From contig JASEGB010000001.1 in NCBI GenBank assembly GCA_030018275.1, forward strand, positions 4,380 to 68,379: a DNA stretch of 64,000 nt, written 5' to 3'. The DNA is from Actinomycetota bacterium (GTDB taxonomy: Bacteria > Actinomycetota > Aquicultoria > Subteraquimicrobiales > Subteraquimicrobiaceae). The notes beneath the pieces were generated by a model. The model was not told where the DNA came from, ran no database searches, and was given only the letters and a program-made list of their open reading frames with translations. The position numbers and the translations under genes were made by a program. The stretch's first letter is position 1; every line of letters starts with the position of its first letter. Shown here piece after piece: positions 40,971 through 50,721 of the stretch.

Positions 40971-40971
40971 C

Positions 40972-43900
40972 TTACTTCACCTTCCTTATATCGCAGAGAA
41001 ATGCCTTGGATTCCTGGATCATGGTGTTGGCATCACCGATGTGTGGAGTGAGCTGGTTGGCAGCGTAGTTCAGTTTTTTGGGGCCCCCGGTGGTATAACC
41101 AACGTATCCATAGCACCAAGGCAGACCAACTTGATGAATCTTCTTACCATCGACAGTGAGTGGTTTGAATCTCGGAGTGACGATGGCTACGGCTTCGACT
41201 TCGCCTCGTGCCGTAACCACTTTCACCCAGTCACCGTTTTCAATTCCCTTCTCCTCGGCGAGTTCTTCACTCATCTCCACGAACATCTCAGGCATGAGTT
41301 CCGCCAACCAAGGTTGGTTACGGGTCATGATACCCGTCTGCCAGTGTTCTGTTATCCTGTAGGTAGTAGCGACGAGTGGATATTCACCCGAAGTTCCAAC
41401 CTTGTCCTCCGGATTAACCTTGTGCCAGAGGAAAATCGCCGGATTAATCTGCTCAGCTGACATGAGGTTTTTAACGGGACTCTCGAGAGGCTCATAGTGT
41501 TCTGGGAAGGGCCCCTCTTTGCAAGGAGCGAAGAGCTTGAAGACGCCCTCGTTTAGCATGATGGCGGGCAGATTCCCACCAACTGCGGTCGGCGCCTTCG
41601 CCGCAGGGAAGTCCGGGACATCGTTACCCGTCCACATTCCGGGTAGACCCGTTTTTGGATCGACTTTGTTGGGATCCCACCATATCTCCGGGATATTCGG
41701 ATTCCAGGGCTTGCCCTCGAGGTCGCAGGAAGCGCGGTTGTAAACAATGCGCCTATTGAGCGGCCAGGCAAATGCCCACTCAAGGTTATTGCCGATACCC
41801 TCGGTCTCCGGAGTGCGTCTCTGCATGAGGTTCGTTCCATCCTCGGCAAATGACCCGGAGAAGAGCCAGTTTCCGCAGGCGGTCGTACCGTCAGCCGCGA
41901 GAACGGTGAAGTTCTTCACCAACTTGCTCCTGTCCGGCCAGACGTAGCCATTGCAGGCCCTGGCGACCTCCTCCGCGCTGGGCGGATCGCCGTAATCCCA
42001 GTTGAGATTGGTTATGGCCTCGGCATTGGGGCCACCCTCAGTCTCATAGAGCCTCTTGAGCTCCTTGAAGATGAGATCGATGATCTCCAGATCGCTCTTG
42101 CAATCGCCCAGAGGCTCGGCGCCCTTCCAGCGCCACTGTATCCAGCGCCCAGAGTTGGTAATGGAACCGTCCTTCTCCACGGAATCGGCGGCTGGGAGTC
42201 TGAAGACCTCGGTTTGAATATCGGTGGGATCAACACCCGGTCTCTTCCAGAAAGCATTGGTCTCGGTCTCCCACAGGTTAAGGTCGACCAACCATTCCAG
42301 CTTATCCAAGGCTTTACATTCGATGTTCGAGTTCGGTCCCCCGACCGCTGGATTCTGACCGAGGATGATGAAACCCTTGATCACGCCATCGTACATCGCC
42401 TCGAACAGGGCTATGTGGGAGTAGCCGCCTCCCTTGTGACCCTTTCCGATCTTGGGCAACCAATCGAAGCGGAAGTCATTCTCCGGCTGGGCCGCATCTC
42501 CCCACCACTCCTTGAGCAAACTCACGATGTACTTCTCGCCATTTCTCCACCAGGAAGTGGAGCCGGGAAGAACGTTTTTAGTCGCTCTGTCGACCGTGAA
42601 CTTATCCGCGTAACCCCTGAAGGTATCCCCAACCTTCGCAACCGGTAGATACCCAGGCAGAATATGGAAGAGCAGAGCATGATCGGTTGAACCCTGAACA
42701 TTTGGCTCTCCTCGCAGAGCATTCACTCCGCCACCGGGTCTCCCGATATTCCCAAGAAGCAATTGGAGCATGGCAAAGGCACGGATGTTTTCCGTTCCCA
42801 CAGTGTGCTGAGTCCAACCCATGGCATATAGGATGGTTCCAGTTTTCTCGGGATCACCCGTCTTCGAAAATTCCTTGCATACATCGAGGAATTTCTCCTT
42901 GGGACAGCCGGTGATCTTCTCCACCATCTCCGGTGTGTACCGGGAGGCGTGTTCTTTAAGGAGCTGGAAGACACAATTGGAATCGGTGAGGGTCATATCC
43001 CTTAAGGGCTCGGTGACGGTTACCCTCTTCCCTTCTTTGACTTCCGTCACCTCTTTTGTTTGATAGCCCCAAGTCGCCTCGTCGTACTTCCTCTTGGTCT
43101 CATCGTAGCCCGAGAATAGCCCATCTTTGAAGTCGAATTCAGGTTTTATCAAAAGTGAAGCATTTGTGTACTCCTTGACGTATTCTTCGTGATAGAGCTC
43201 ATTCTCGATGACATAGTTGACCATCCCCATGATGAAGGCAATATCCGTGCCGGCCCGAATTGGGGCATAAATATGAGCTTTGGAGGCTGATCGAGTAAAT
43301 CGGGGGTCAACCACGATGAGCTTGGCTCCTCTTTCCTCCATGGCCTTGGTGACCCACTTGAAAGCCATGGGGTGGCATTCTGCGGCATTTCCGCCCATAA
43401 TCATGATGCAATCACTGTTCTTAATGTCTATCCAGTGATTGGTCATTGCACCTCTTCCGTACGTTGGACCCAACGCTGCCACGGTGGCGGAGTGTCATAT
43501 GCGGGCTTGGTGCTCGATGTAAACGAGACCGAGTGTCCTCATTAATTTGATCCACAGGTAACACTCCTCATTGTTTACAGCCGCTCCGCCCAGCGCAGCG
43601 ATGGATTCGCAACGATTCACCGTGACTCCATCCTCTGTAGAAATGAAGTACTTATCCCGGGTGTCTTTGATTCTCCTGGCAATCTGAGAGATTGCCCAGT
43701 CCCAAGTCTTATCCTCCCATTCAGAAGAACCCGGAGCGCGATATAGAACTTTTTTATTTCTCAAACCCGCCGTGTCCGCAGCAACCTGGAACATGGATGC
43801 ACCTTTAGGACAAAGACTTCCAAGATTGGTGGGATGATCGGGATCGCCTTCGATATTGATGGGGTGCCCATGTTCGGAACTTACAATGGCCCCACAGCCA

Positions 43901-44064
43901 CAAGAACAATAAGGACAAATAGTGGGCGCTTCTTTCGCACCCTTAATTCGCAGTTCCTCTACTTCCTCGGCGATCGCCGATATATCGAAGCCAAAGCGAA
44001 GCAGCGTGGTAGAAGCAAGAGATGCACCGGTAAGTTTGAAAAAACCCCTCCGTGAAAATTTCAC
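40972..44064 (-). CDS. fdnG: Formate dehydrogenase alpha subunit, selenocysteine-containing, Tat-exported
   Basis: SRRGFFK Tat motif; CPYCSCGC; EHQARI-U(TGA 43495-43497)-HSATV...GRGAMTNHW joins the two ORFs in frame. Confidence 0.95.
43449..43494 (-). promoter_or_regulatory. Bacterial SECIS element
   Basis: GCGUUG-GGUC-CAACGU hairpin just 3' of the UGA. Confidence 0.75.
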
Positions 44065-44353
44065 CTTTTACACTCACTCCTTTCACCAAAGATTTCTCCC
44101 AAATGAATTAAACATATCACCTCCAACTCCTAAAAAAATTTTAGAGGTCTTTAAGGTTACCTTAATAGACCTCCTGAAATTTAGGAACGGAAACATATAA
44201 AACAAAGATTTTCAATTTTCCGATACCCTCTCTTGGAGCGAAAATTATCACCATTCATAACTCAATTTTTATTTCTTCAATTACCAGCTATTCCCTTATA
44301 TACAACAAAAAATGAAAATTCCTTCTTTTTTCCCATAATTTTTGAAAAATCTT

Positions 44354-45481
44354 TTATACTCCCAATTCAGTCTTCACTTTGATCAGTCGGATTATATCAC
44401 TCCTTGTGACAAGTCCCACCAAGCTGCCATTCTCATCCACCACTAAAAGATGGCCTATTTCCTCCCTGGCCATCTGCATTAAGGCATTGACGGCTTCCTC
44501 CCGATAACTTATTATGCAACTCTCCTTTGGAGGGACCACTATTTCCCTCGCGGTTACCCTTGACCAATCCCCTTGAGGGATTTCTTTAATATCGTGTAAG
44601 GTGATTACCCCCAAAAGCTGATCATTCTCCACCACGGGAAACCGACCATATCGGTATTTCAAGAAGTACTCATTGACCAACTTATCAAGGGTTATTGAAG
44701 GATCAATGATTTGGACATCCTTGCTCATGATCTCGGCGACCTTAATCCCTGATAACGATCTTTGGAGAATAAGCTGTCGATAACTTGTCTGAGCGGCGTG
44801 GTTAAGGAACCATCCGATCAAAACCAGCCAGAGAGCACTGATATCGCCCAGAACGAAAACCATCATGAACCCAAAGAAAATGAGGGAGAAGGCTATTCCC
44901 TGCCCGGCCTGAGAGGCAATCTTCATGGACCGTTGCATATCTTTCATCCAATACCAGAGTCCGGCTCTTAAAACTCTTCCTCCATCCAAGGGAAATCCGG
45001 GCAAAAGATTGAATACCGCCAGGGCTAAATTGATCTGCCAGAGCAATAAAAAGGAGGCGCCAACCATCTCCAAACCCAAACCCCTAGCCCCCACCCAAAT
45101 CAAACCGAAGGAAAAGGATAAGAAAAAGCTGGAGAGCGGACCGGCGATGGCCATTTTGAACTCAACCTCTGGATTTTCCGGCTCTTTGGACATCTGGGCA
45201 ACTCCGCCGAAGATAAACAGGGTAATTTTCTTTATGGGAATACCGCTTTTTTTAGCTATGTAGGAATGGGATAGTTCGTGAAATAAAACCGAAGCAAAGA
45301 GCAAAAGGGTGGTGATCGTTGCATTAATTATGCTTACAACCAGTGGAAGATTGAATGGTTTTAATTGGAAACGAAGGGTTAAGTCGATGATGAGTAGGGC
45401 AAAAATAAAAAACCACGTAAAGTTCAACTCTATGGGAATACCGAATATCCTTCCAAGACGGACCGATCCAAAGGGAATCAA
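44354..45481 (-). CDS. M50 site-2 protease with tandem CBS domains
   Basis: HELSH, FNLLPGFPLDGG, two CBS repeats. Confidence 0.92.
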   Translation of the reverse strand: MIPFGSVRLGRIFGIPIELNFTWFFIFALLIIDLTLRFQLKPFNLPLVVSIINATITTLLLFASVLFHELSHSYIAKKSGIPIKKITLFIFGGVAQMSKEPENPEVEFKMAIAGPLSSFFLSFSFGLIWVGARGLGLEMVGASFLLLWQINLALAVFNLLPGFPLDGGRVLRAGLWYWMKDMQRSMKIASQAGQGIAFSLIFFGFMMVFVLGDISALWLVLIGWFLNHAAQTSYRQLILQRSLSGIKVAEIMSKDVQIIDPSITLDKLVNEYFLKYRYGRFPVVENDQLLGVITLHDIKEIPQGDWSRVTAREIVVPPKESCIISYREEAVNALMQMAREEIGHLLVVDENGSLVGLVTRSDIIRLIKVKTELGV

Positions 45482-45530
45482 CGTTCTTTCTCCTTATCGC
45501 CCAGACCAACTCCCCTAACTCCAGAATAAA

Positions 45531-46094
45531 TCAAGTACAAACCCAATACAACCAATCAAATTTCTCCTGCATTTTCTGCAATATCTTCTCCGCCCCTCGC
45601 TTTGGTGTCTCTCTATCGGACTCGATGATCATCTCTGGGGCAAGGGGCTCTTCATAGGGAACTTGAGCTCCCGGCACTGTGGTGGCCTCTTCACTTTTGG
45701 CAGCCCGGTAAATCCCCTTAGGATCTCTTCTCATGCACTCCTCAAGGGGACACTTCACGTAAACCTCCATGAAATTTTGGATCTCCTTCCTTGCCTTATC
45801 TCTAAACTTCCGCTTATTCGCCGTGGCATCAAAGATCACATTCATCCCATGGTCCACAAGCATCTTACCCAAACAAACCAAAGCATTATAGAAAAATTCC
45901 CTCTCTTTCTCAGTGTAAGTGGAAAGGGGGAGGAGCTTAGTTCTCAGATCATCAGACTCCAAAATCTCCACATCTATATTCCGTTCCTTGAGCAACTTTT
46001 TGACCGTTTGAGCGAGGCTGGACTTGCCCGAAGCTGGAAGACCCGTTATCCAAAGGGCAAAACCCCTCTTATCCTCCATGATATCTCCCCACAT
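45531..46094 (-). CDS. Adenylyl-sulfate kinase-like P-loop kinase
   Basis: WITGLPASGKS, RRDPKGIY, PYEEP. Confidence 0.75.
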   Translation of the reverse strand: MWGDIMEDKRGFALWITGLPASGKSSLAQTVKKLLKERNIDVEILESDDLRTKLLPLSTYTEKEREFFYNALVCLGKMLVDHGMNVIFDATANKRKFRDKARKEIQNFMEVYVKCPLEECMRRDPKGIYRAAKSEEATTVPGAQVPYEEPLAPEMIIESDRETPKRGAEKILQKMQEKFDWLYWVCT

Positions 46095-46124
46095 TGTTCA
46101 CGGTTCACCGTTCACGGAATATTC

Positions 46125-46406
46125 ATACGTTAGACATAATTCGTCTCAAGGAAGAAGGCTCTTACTTCGCCAAAAAAAGGTTCTCTTGGGTTTAAATTCT
46201 AATTTCAAAATCCTAAGCACCTGCCTGCCGGCAGGCAGGCTAAACAATATCAAATTACCAAAATTAAAATGACCAAAACAAAAACCAAATCTAGAAGAAT
46301 ATTAGTTTTGAATTTCGAAAATTTGGATTTTGAATTTGTTTAAGGATTTAGATTTTCGAATTTAGGATTTTTAAAGTCTTACTTCTTGGAATTATGCCTA
46401 GGGCAC
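46125..46406. mobile_element. MITE-like element, copy 2, with nested repeats
   Basis: IRs TAGACATAATTC (46131) / GAATTATGCCTA (46389); direct repeat CACGGAATATTC at 46113 and 46404. Confidence 0.6.
46220..46239. repeat. Perfect 20-bp palindrome CCTGCCTGCCGGCAGGCAGG
   Basis: Variants at 54214, 59382 and 59886. Confidence 0.85.
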
Positions 46407-46425
46407 GGAATATTCTTTAATACGG

Positions 46426-47545
46426 TCAACGGTGAACGGTAGACGATGAACTTTTAACATCTGGTGGCTCAAAGTAAGAATTGACGTTATGGATATCAAA
46501 TTTTTCAAAATCGAGAACATTGATGATGAAATTGAAGAGCTTCTTTCGAACATCATCCGTAAGATTTGGATACCAAATGGGACTAGCTATGACTAAAGCA
46601 CGCCAGGCATAAAAGGGCTGGCAAACCAGGAGAATTTCTTCGTCACCCGTCTTTTCAAGGTAGTTGTGCACGAATTTTAGGAAAAGTATTCGAAAAGCTC
46701 CTTTGAGCTCGCCATATTTCTGAAGGGAATAAAAGATATAATTGATGCTCATGGCGGTGAAATCATCCGCTGGTTCTCCCCATTCGCCACGGCTCCTATC
46801 CAAAACCCAGAAATCCAATCCGCTTTGGAATAAGACATTCCAAGGATGGAAATCGCCGTGAACCCGAGAGAGACGATATCCCTTATCCTTAATCCTCCAT
46901 CTCCAATCGATGCATTTTACCTCCACCTTCTGGAAAAAGTCCTCGGCGATGAAATGCCAATCCCCGGGGTAGCTATCGATGAGTCCCATGATGCATTCCC
47001 CATGTCCCACCAAATCTCTGATCCTTCGGGTATAAAGCTGGGGATCATCCTTCTTCAGAGCGTGAATTTCCACGAGATAATCGCTCAACGCCTGGGCGCG
47101 CATGACGTCTTCCTCGCCGATCATCTCCCGCTCTTTGATGCGTTCCAGATCGTGGAAATATTCTTTTCCCTCTACGTACTCATCGAGCAGGAAGAATTCC
47201 ACTGCCTCACCCAACGAGATGAGAGAGCTCGTTCTGGTAAAAGCTCCCACATCCAAAGAGGAGATATGCTTGGGAAGTTTATTATAGGTTGAATGGGCCA
47301 GGAGGAGAGAGCAAGCCCTGTCGGAGAAATGATCGTGTCCAAATCCCTCCGCCTTCATGGTTTCAAGAACCGCTCTTTTTCTTCGGCCATCCATCTCAAA
47401 TTCGATTAAAATCGGACTCCCATAACCGAATCCCTTCAATTCGTCCTTCTCTTTGAGATCTGTTAAGCCCCCAAATGGAAAGGATGTTAATCTCCTTTCC
47501 ATAAAGACAGCGGAGGTAGTCTTGAAGATTTGCCACCTTTAACAT
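46426..47545 (-). CDS. Aminoglycoside phosphotransferase-like kinase; apparent frameshift near the 5' end
   Basis: VHGDFHPWN, LDRSRGEWGEPADD; the RBS-backed ATG at 47545 is out of frame with ORF 46426-47502. Confidence 0.7.
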
Positions 47546-47642
47546 CGAACGCCTCCTTAAATCCTAAGCCATGGGTCAGGGGACATGAGTTATGGACGTC
47601 TCTACCTTTTACCCATGACCCTTGACCTGTGACCTGCAATGC

Positions 47643-48449
47643 CTATTCAAATCTAGCTCCCCTCAAAGCCGTGCTGCAGATGCATTTCCTCTCCTTGGGT
47701 AACTTTGGAATCATGGCAAAGAGCAGCTTTCGAACCCTCTCATTATTCTCCTGAAAAACCCTGAATACCTCTTCCGCCGTGACCGGTTCAACCTCAGGCA
47801 TCCCCTCCAACCCCACATCATAATCGGTGATGAGCACAATGGCCACATAGCATAGCTCTAATTCCCTGGCCAGATGGACCTCTGGGTATTGAGTCATATT
47901 GATGGCTTCCCACCCCTGTGAGGAAAACCACTTGCTCTCCGAACGAGTGCTGAACCGAGGTCCTTGGATGATCACCACCGTGCCCCGTTCATGAACACTT
48001 ATCCCAAGCTCTTTAGCGGTCTCATAGGCGATCTTCCTCAACACCGGACAGTAGGGGTCGGCTGCACTCACATGGGTGGATATGGGACCATTATAGAAGG
48101 TGTCCCTTCTACCCCTCGTTCTATCCACATATTGATCACAAATGACAAAATCCCCCCTCTTTACGTGGGGCTGCAAGCTTCCCGAAGCACATGGGGCGAT
48201 GATTTGGGTCACACCCAATTGCTTCATGGCATAAATATTCGCCCGATAGTTTATCATGTGAGGAGGATATTGGTGGTGTCTTCCATGGCGAGGAAGGAAG
48301 GCGACTTTCCTTCCTCCGATCTCCCCGATAGCAATCCTATCACTGGGGAGCCCGTAAGGAGTCTCAATGGCGTATTCCCTTACACCCTCTAAGAATGAAT
48401 AAAATCCTGAACCCCCGAATACCCCTATTTCTGCCTTGGGTTGAACCAT
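47643..48449 (-). CDS. mtnP: S-methyl-5'-thioadenosine phosphorylase
   Basis: GGSG, LPRHG, GPRFSTRSES, NMT..PE, TDYD. Confidence 0.93.
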   Translation of the reverse strand: MVQPKAEIGVFGGSGFYSFLEGVREYAIETPYGLPSDRIAIGEIGGRKVAFLPRHGRHHQYPPHMINYRANIYAMKQLGVTQIIAPCASGSLQPHVKRGDFVICDQYVDRTRGRRDTFYNGPISTHVSAADPYCPVLRKIAYETAKELGISVHERGTVVIIQGPRFSTRSESKWFSSQGWEAINMTQYPEVHLARELELCYVAIVLITDYDVGLEGMPEVEPVTAEEVFRVFQENNERVRKLLFAMIPKLPKERKCICSTALRGARFE

Positions 48450-48468
48450 AAATAATCATCCTCCTTTA

Positions 48469-48554
48469 GTTCACCGTTCACAGTTCACAGTTCACCGAAA
48501 ATATTTTTTTAAAAATTGCGAACGTATACGGTGAACGAACAACGGTGAACGGTG
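48469..48554. repeat. Heptamer hairpin (GTTCACC / GGTGAAC class)
   Basis: gttcacc gttcaca gttcaca gttcacc ... ggtgaac ... ggtgaac ggtg. Confidence 0.8.
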
Positions 48555-48560
48555 CTACCA

Positions 48561-48671
48561 TTACTTGCTTTCGACTTTCTGAAATTTCGTGCCGCCACAG
48601 TGCTTGCACTTCCTGGGTTTGCAACGTCCCTCTTTAATGGCACCACATCCCAAACATTTCCAAATGGCCAT
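48561..48671 (-). CDS. RCKP-type rubredoxin-like mini-protein (not in ORF track)
   Basis: MAIWKCLGCGAIKEGRCKPRKCKHCGGTKFQKVESK; RBS GGGGGTGAGGGG. Confidence 0.8.
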   Translation of the reverse strand: MAIWKCLGCGAIKEGRCKPRKCKHCGGTKFQKVESK

Positions 48672-48756
48672 TCCCCTCACCCCTATAATTCGTTGGTTAG
48701 GCTAAGAAATAGCCTTTAACCATTGCCGACGGATCAGGCGCTGGCAGCTTCCTGTC

Positions 48757-48873
48757 CAAATTCAAAATTTAAAATGCAAAGTGCAAAATGACAATCCAAA
48801 ATTTAAAATGGTTTAAAAAACTAATTTTGCATTTTGATATGTCATTTTTATTTTTGATTTTTACATTTTACAT
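48757..48873. repeat. AT-rich heptamer hairpin (CAAAATG class)
   Basis: aaaatgcaaagtgcaaaatgacaa ... ttttgcattttgatatgtcatttt. Confidence 0.75.
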
Positions 48874-49916
48874 TCGTTTTGATACGCTTTGTTAACGGAG
48901 CTCGACAGACTTTTCAAAGGATATTCAACCTCGATAATCTTTTCTTCCTCCCCATCCCTACGATACCCCACTTTTACTCGAGGTAAATTTCTGGCCTTAC
49001 TGTACCTTGCGGCCAAAATAGCTGCTTTCTTAATGGTCTGTTCCCCAACGTCTTTGCCCCTGACCAGAGTCCGCGGACCGGGGTATCCCCTAACTTGAAA
49101 AATCCAATCCTCAGGTTGGGTAAGCTCCAAAAAGAGTTCATTCTCCCTTTGATTTCTGGCCACAACTATTTTTATCCCTTCCAGGGAGCGGAAGTGCCTC
49201 CCCAATTTGAGCAAATCCAACTCCTTTATGGTGGGATTCTTCTTCTCCGCCAGCAAATCTCTTAGCCGTTGAGAAAAAATGGGATCGGTAAGTAGACATC
49301 CTCCCGCAGAAGTGGGAAAATCTTTAAAACCATATCTTTCCGCCAACTCCAGCTGGGGTTTGCGTGATCGTCCCTGGATGGATAGGAGACTTTCTCTATC
49401 CACCAACCCCTTCTCCTCGGGTACCGTTAAAGGAAGCAACTTAGCCGAGAGAGGTCGCAAAAGGTACCCCCGGTAACCCGATTCCTTCTCCACAATCCTT
49501 AAAGCCGTTCTATTCTGCGATTTTGGGCGTTCTCCAAGGACTTCTCCGCTTACGATGAAGGATGCTCCAATTTGTTCCATAAATTCCCCGGCTTTCTTGA
49601 CCATGAAGGCGTGACAATCGATGCATGGATTCATATATTTTCCATATCCGTACTTAGGTCTTTTAACTATTTCCAAATGTTCATGGGTGATATCGAAAAT
49701 ATGAAGGGGTATCGAGAGCTGTTTGGCGGCTTCCTTGGCTCTTTTGGCGGAAAAGAAAGGTGTAACAAAACTCACCCCGACAACTTGGATACCCTGCTCC
49801 TGGATTACCTTCACCGCAAGCATGCTGTCCAATCCACCCGAAAGCAGAGCCACAGCTTTTATCTCTGTTGGTTGTTGGTTGTTGGTTGTTGGTGTAAAGG
49901 ACCCATTCTTTGCCAT
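48861..49916 (-). CDS. ThiI/MnmA-like PP-loop tRNA sulfurtransferase (DUF814-type C-terminus)
   Basis: SGGLDS, PCIDC, GEVLGERPKSQ, AGGCLLTD. Confidence 0.8.
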   Translation of the reverse strand: MAKNGSFTPTTNNQQPTEIKAVALLSGGLDSMLAVKVIQEQGIQVVGVSFVTPFFSAKRAKEAAKQLSIPLHIFDITHEHLEIVKRPKYGYGKYMNPCIDCHAFMVKKAGEFMEQIGASFIVSGEVLGERPKSQNRTALRIVEKESGYRGYLLRPLSAKLLPLTVPEEKGLVDRESLLSIQGRSRKPQLELAERYGFKDFPTSAGGCLLTDPIFSQRLRDLLAEKKNPTIKELDLLKLGRHFRSLEGIKIVVARNQRENELFLELTQPEDWIFQVRGYPGPRTLVRGKDVGEQTIKKAAILAARYSKARNLPRVKVGYRRDGEEEKIIEVEYPLKSLSSSVNKAYQNECKM

Positions 49917-49963
49917 GCAAACACCCTGAATAGTTCATGGTGGACGGTAGACGGTGAACGTCA

Positions 49964-50686
49964 TTAGTATTCGGCTAAAATTGTTTGACCCCCGTAGACC
50001 TGTTCACCGCATCTTACCTTAAAGTCCAAATTTTCCTTCCCTGTCCGGGGAGGCAAAATTATGAGATCAACCTGCGAACCACGCTCGATGAAGGAAAGCT
50101 TTTGCCCGATTTTTAAGAATTCTCCCTCTCTAACGAAACAAGTGATCTTATTGACGAATCTGTCCGCTATCTCCACGACGATGACGGAAATATCCTTGCC
50201 TTCCAGGACTAGGACGTTGCGCTCGTTGAAAAAGTGAAATTTTTTAGCGAATAAATCTACCACTCTCCGAAAAAATACAAGGTTAATATATTCCCACAAA
50301 TCGACCATGGGTAAATTTACCCTGGCTGGGATGTAGAGGACCTTTTTCACCATTCCGGCAATGGGTGAATAATTGAAATGCACATCTAAGGGAGACATAT
50401 AGATGCCCACCAGCCAACCATTTTTGATTTCTTCATCCATCCCCAGTTTCGTGATCTCCCCTAATTTGATCCACTGGTCCAATTTCCTCGAATGAACCTC
50501 ACCTCCTGTTATCTTTTCTATATATAATACCCTTCCATCGGCAGGGGAGACGATTACGCCTTCCTTCCCAGGTGGGGTCCTCAAAGGGTCTCTATAGAAC
50601 CACACCTTCCTCAAATAGAAGTAAGCTCCGAAGATTAAGATTACGAAAAAAAGAACAGACGAAATAATCCAATTCGAAACGTACAA
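49964..50686 (-). CDS. Phosphatidylserine decarboxylase family proenzyme
   Basis: FYRDP.R, SPADGRV, YMSPLDVH.N, NERN, RGSQVD cleavage motif. Confidence 0.85.
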   Translation of the reverse strand: MYVSNWIISSVLFFVILIFGAYFYLRKVWFYRDPLRTPPGKEGVIVSPADGRVLYIEKITGGEVHSRKLDQWIKLGEITKLGMDEEIKNGWLVGIYMSPLDVHFNYSPIAGMVKKVLYIPARVNLPMVDLWEYINLVFFRRVVDLFAKKFHFFNERNVLVLEGKDISVIVVEIADRFVNKITCFVREGEFLKIGQKLSFIERGSQVDLIILPPRTGKENLDFKVRCGEQVYGGQTILAEY

Positions 50687-50721
50687 TTAGAAATCACTCC
50701 GCCCATAACCATTTAACCTGT

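Noticed and set aside
43495..44064. Separate 189-aa gene or fdnG pseudogene
   Set aside because: The TGA is at the Sec position and is followed by a SECIS-like hairpin.
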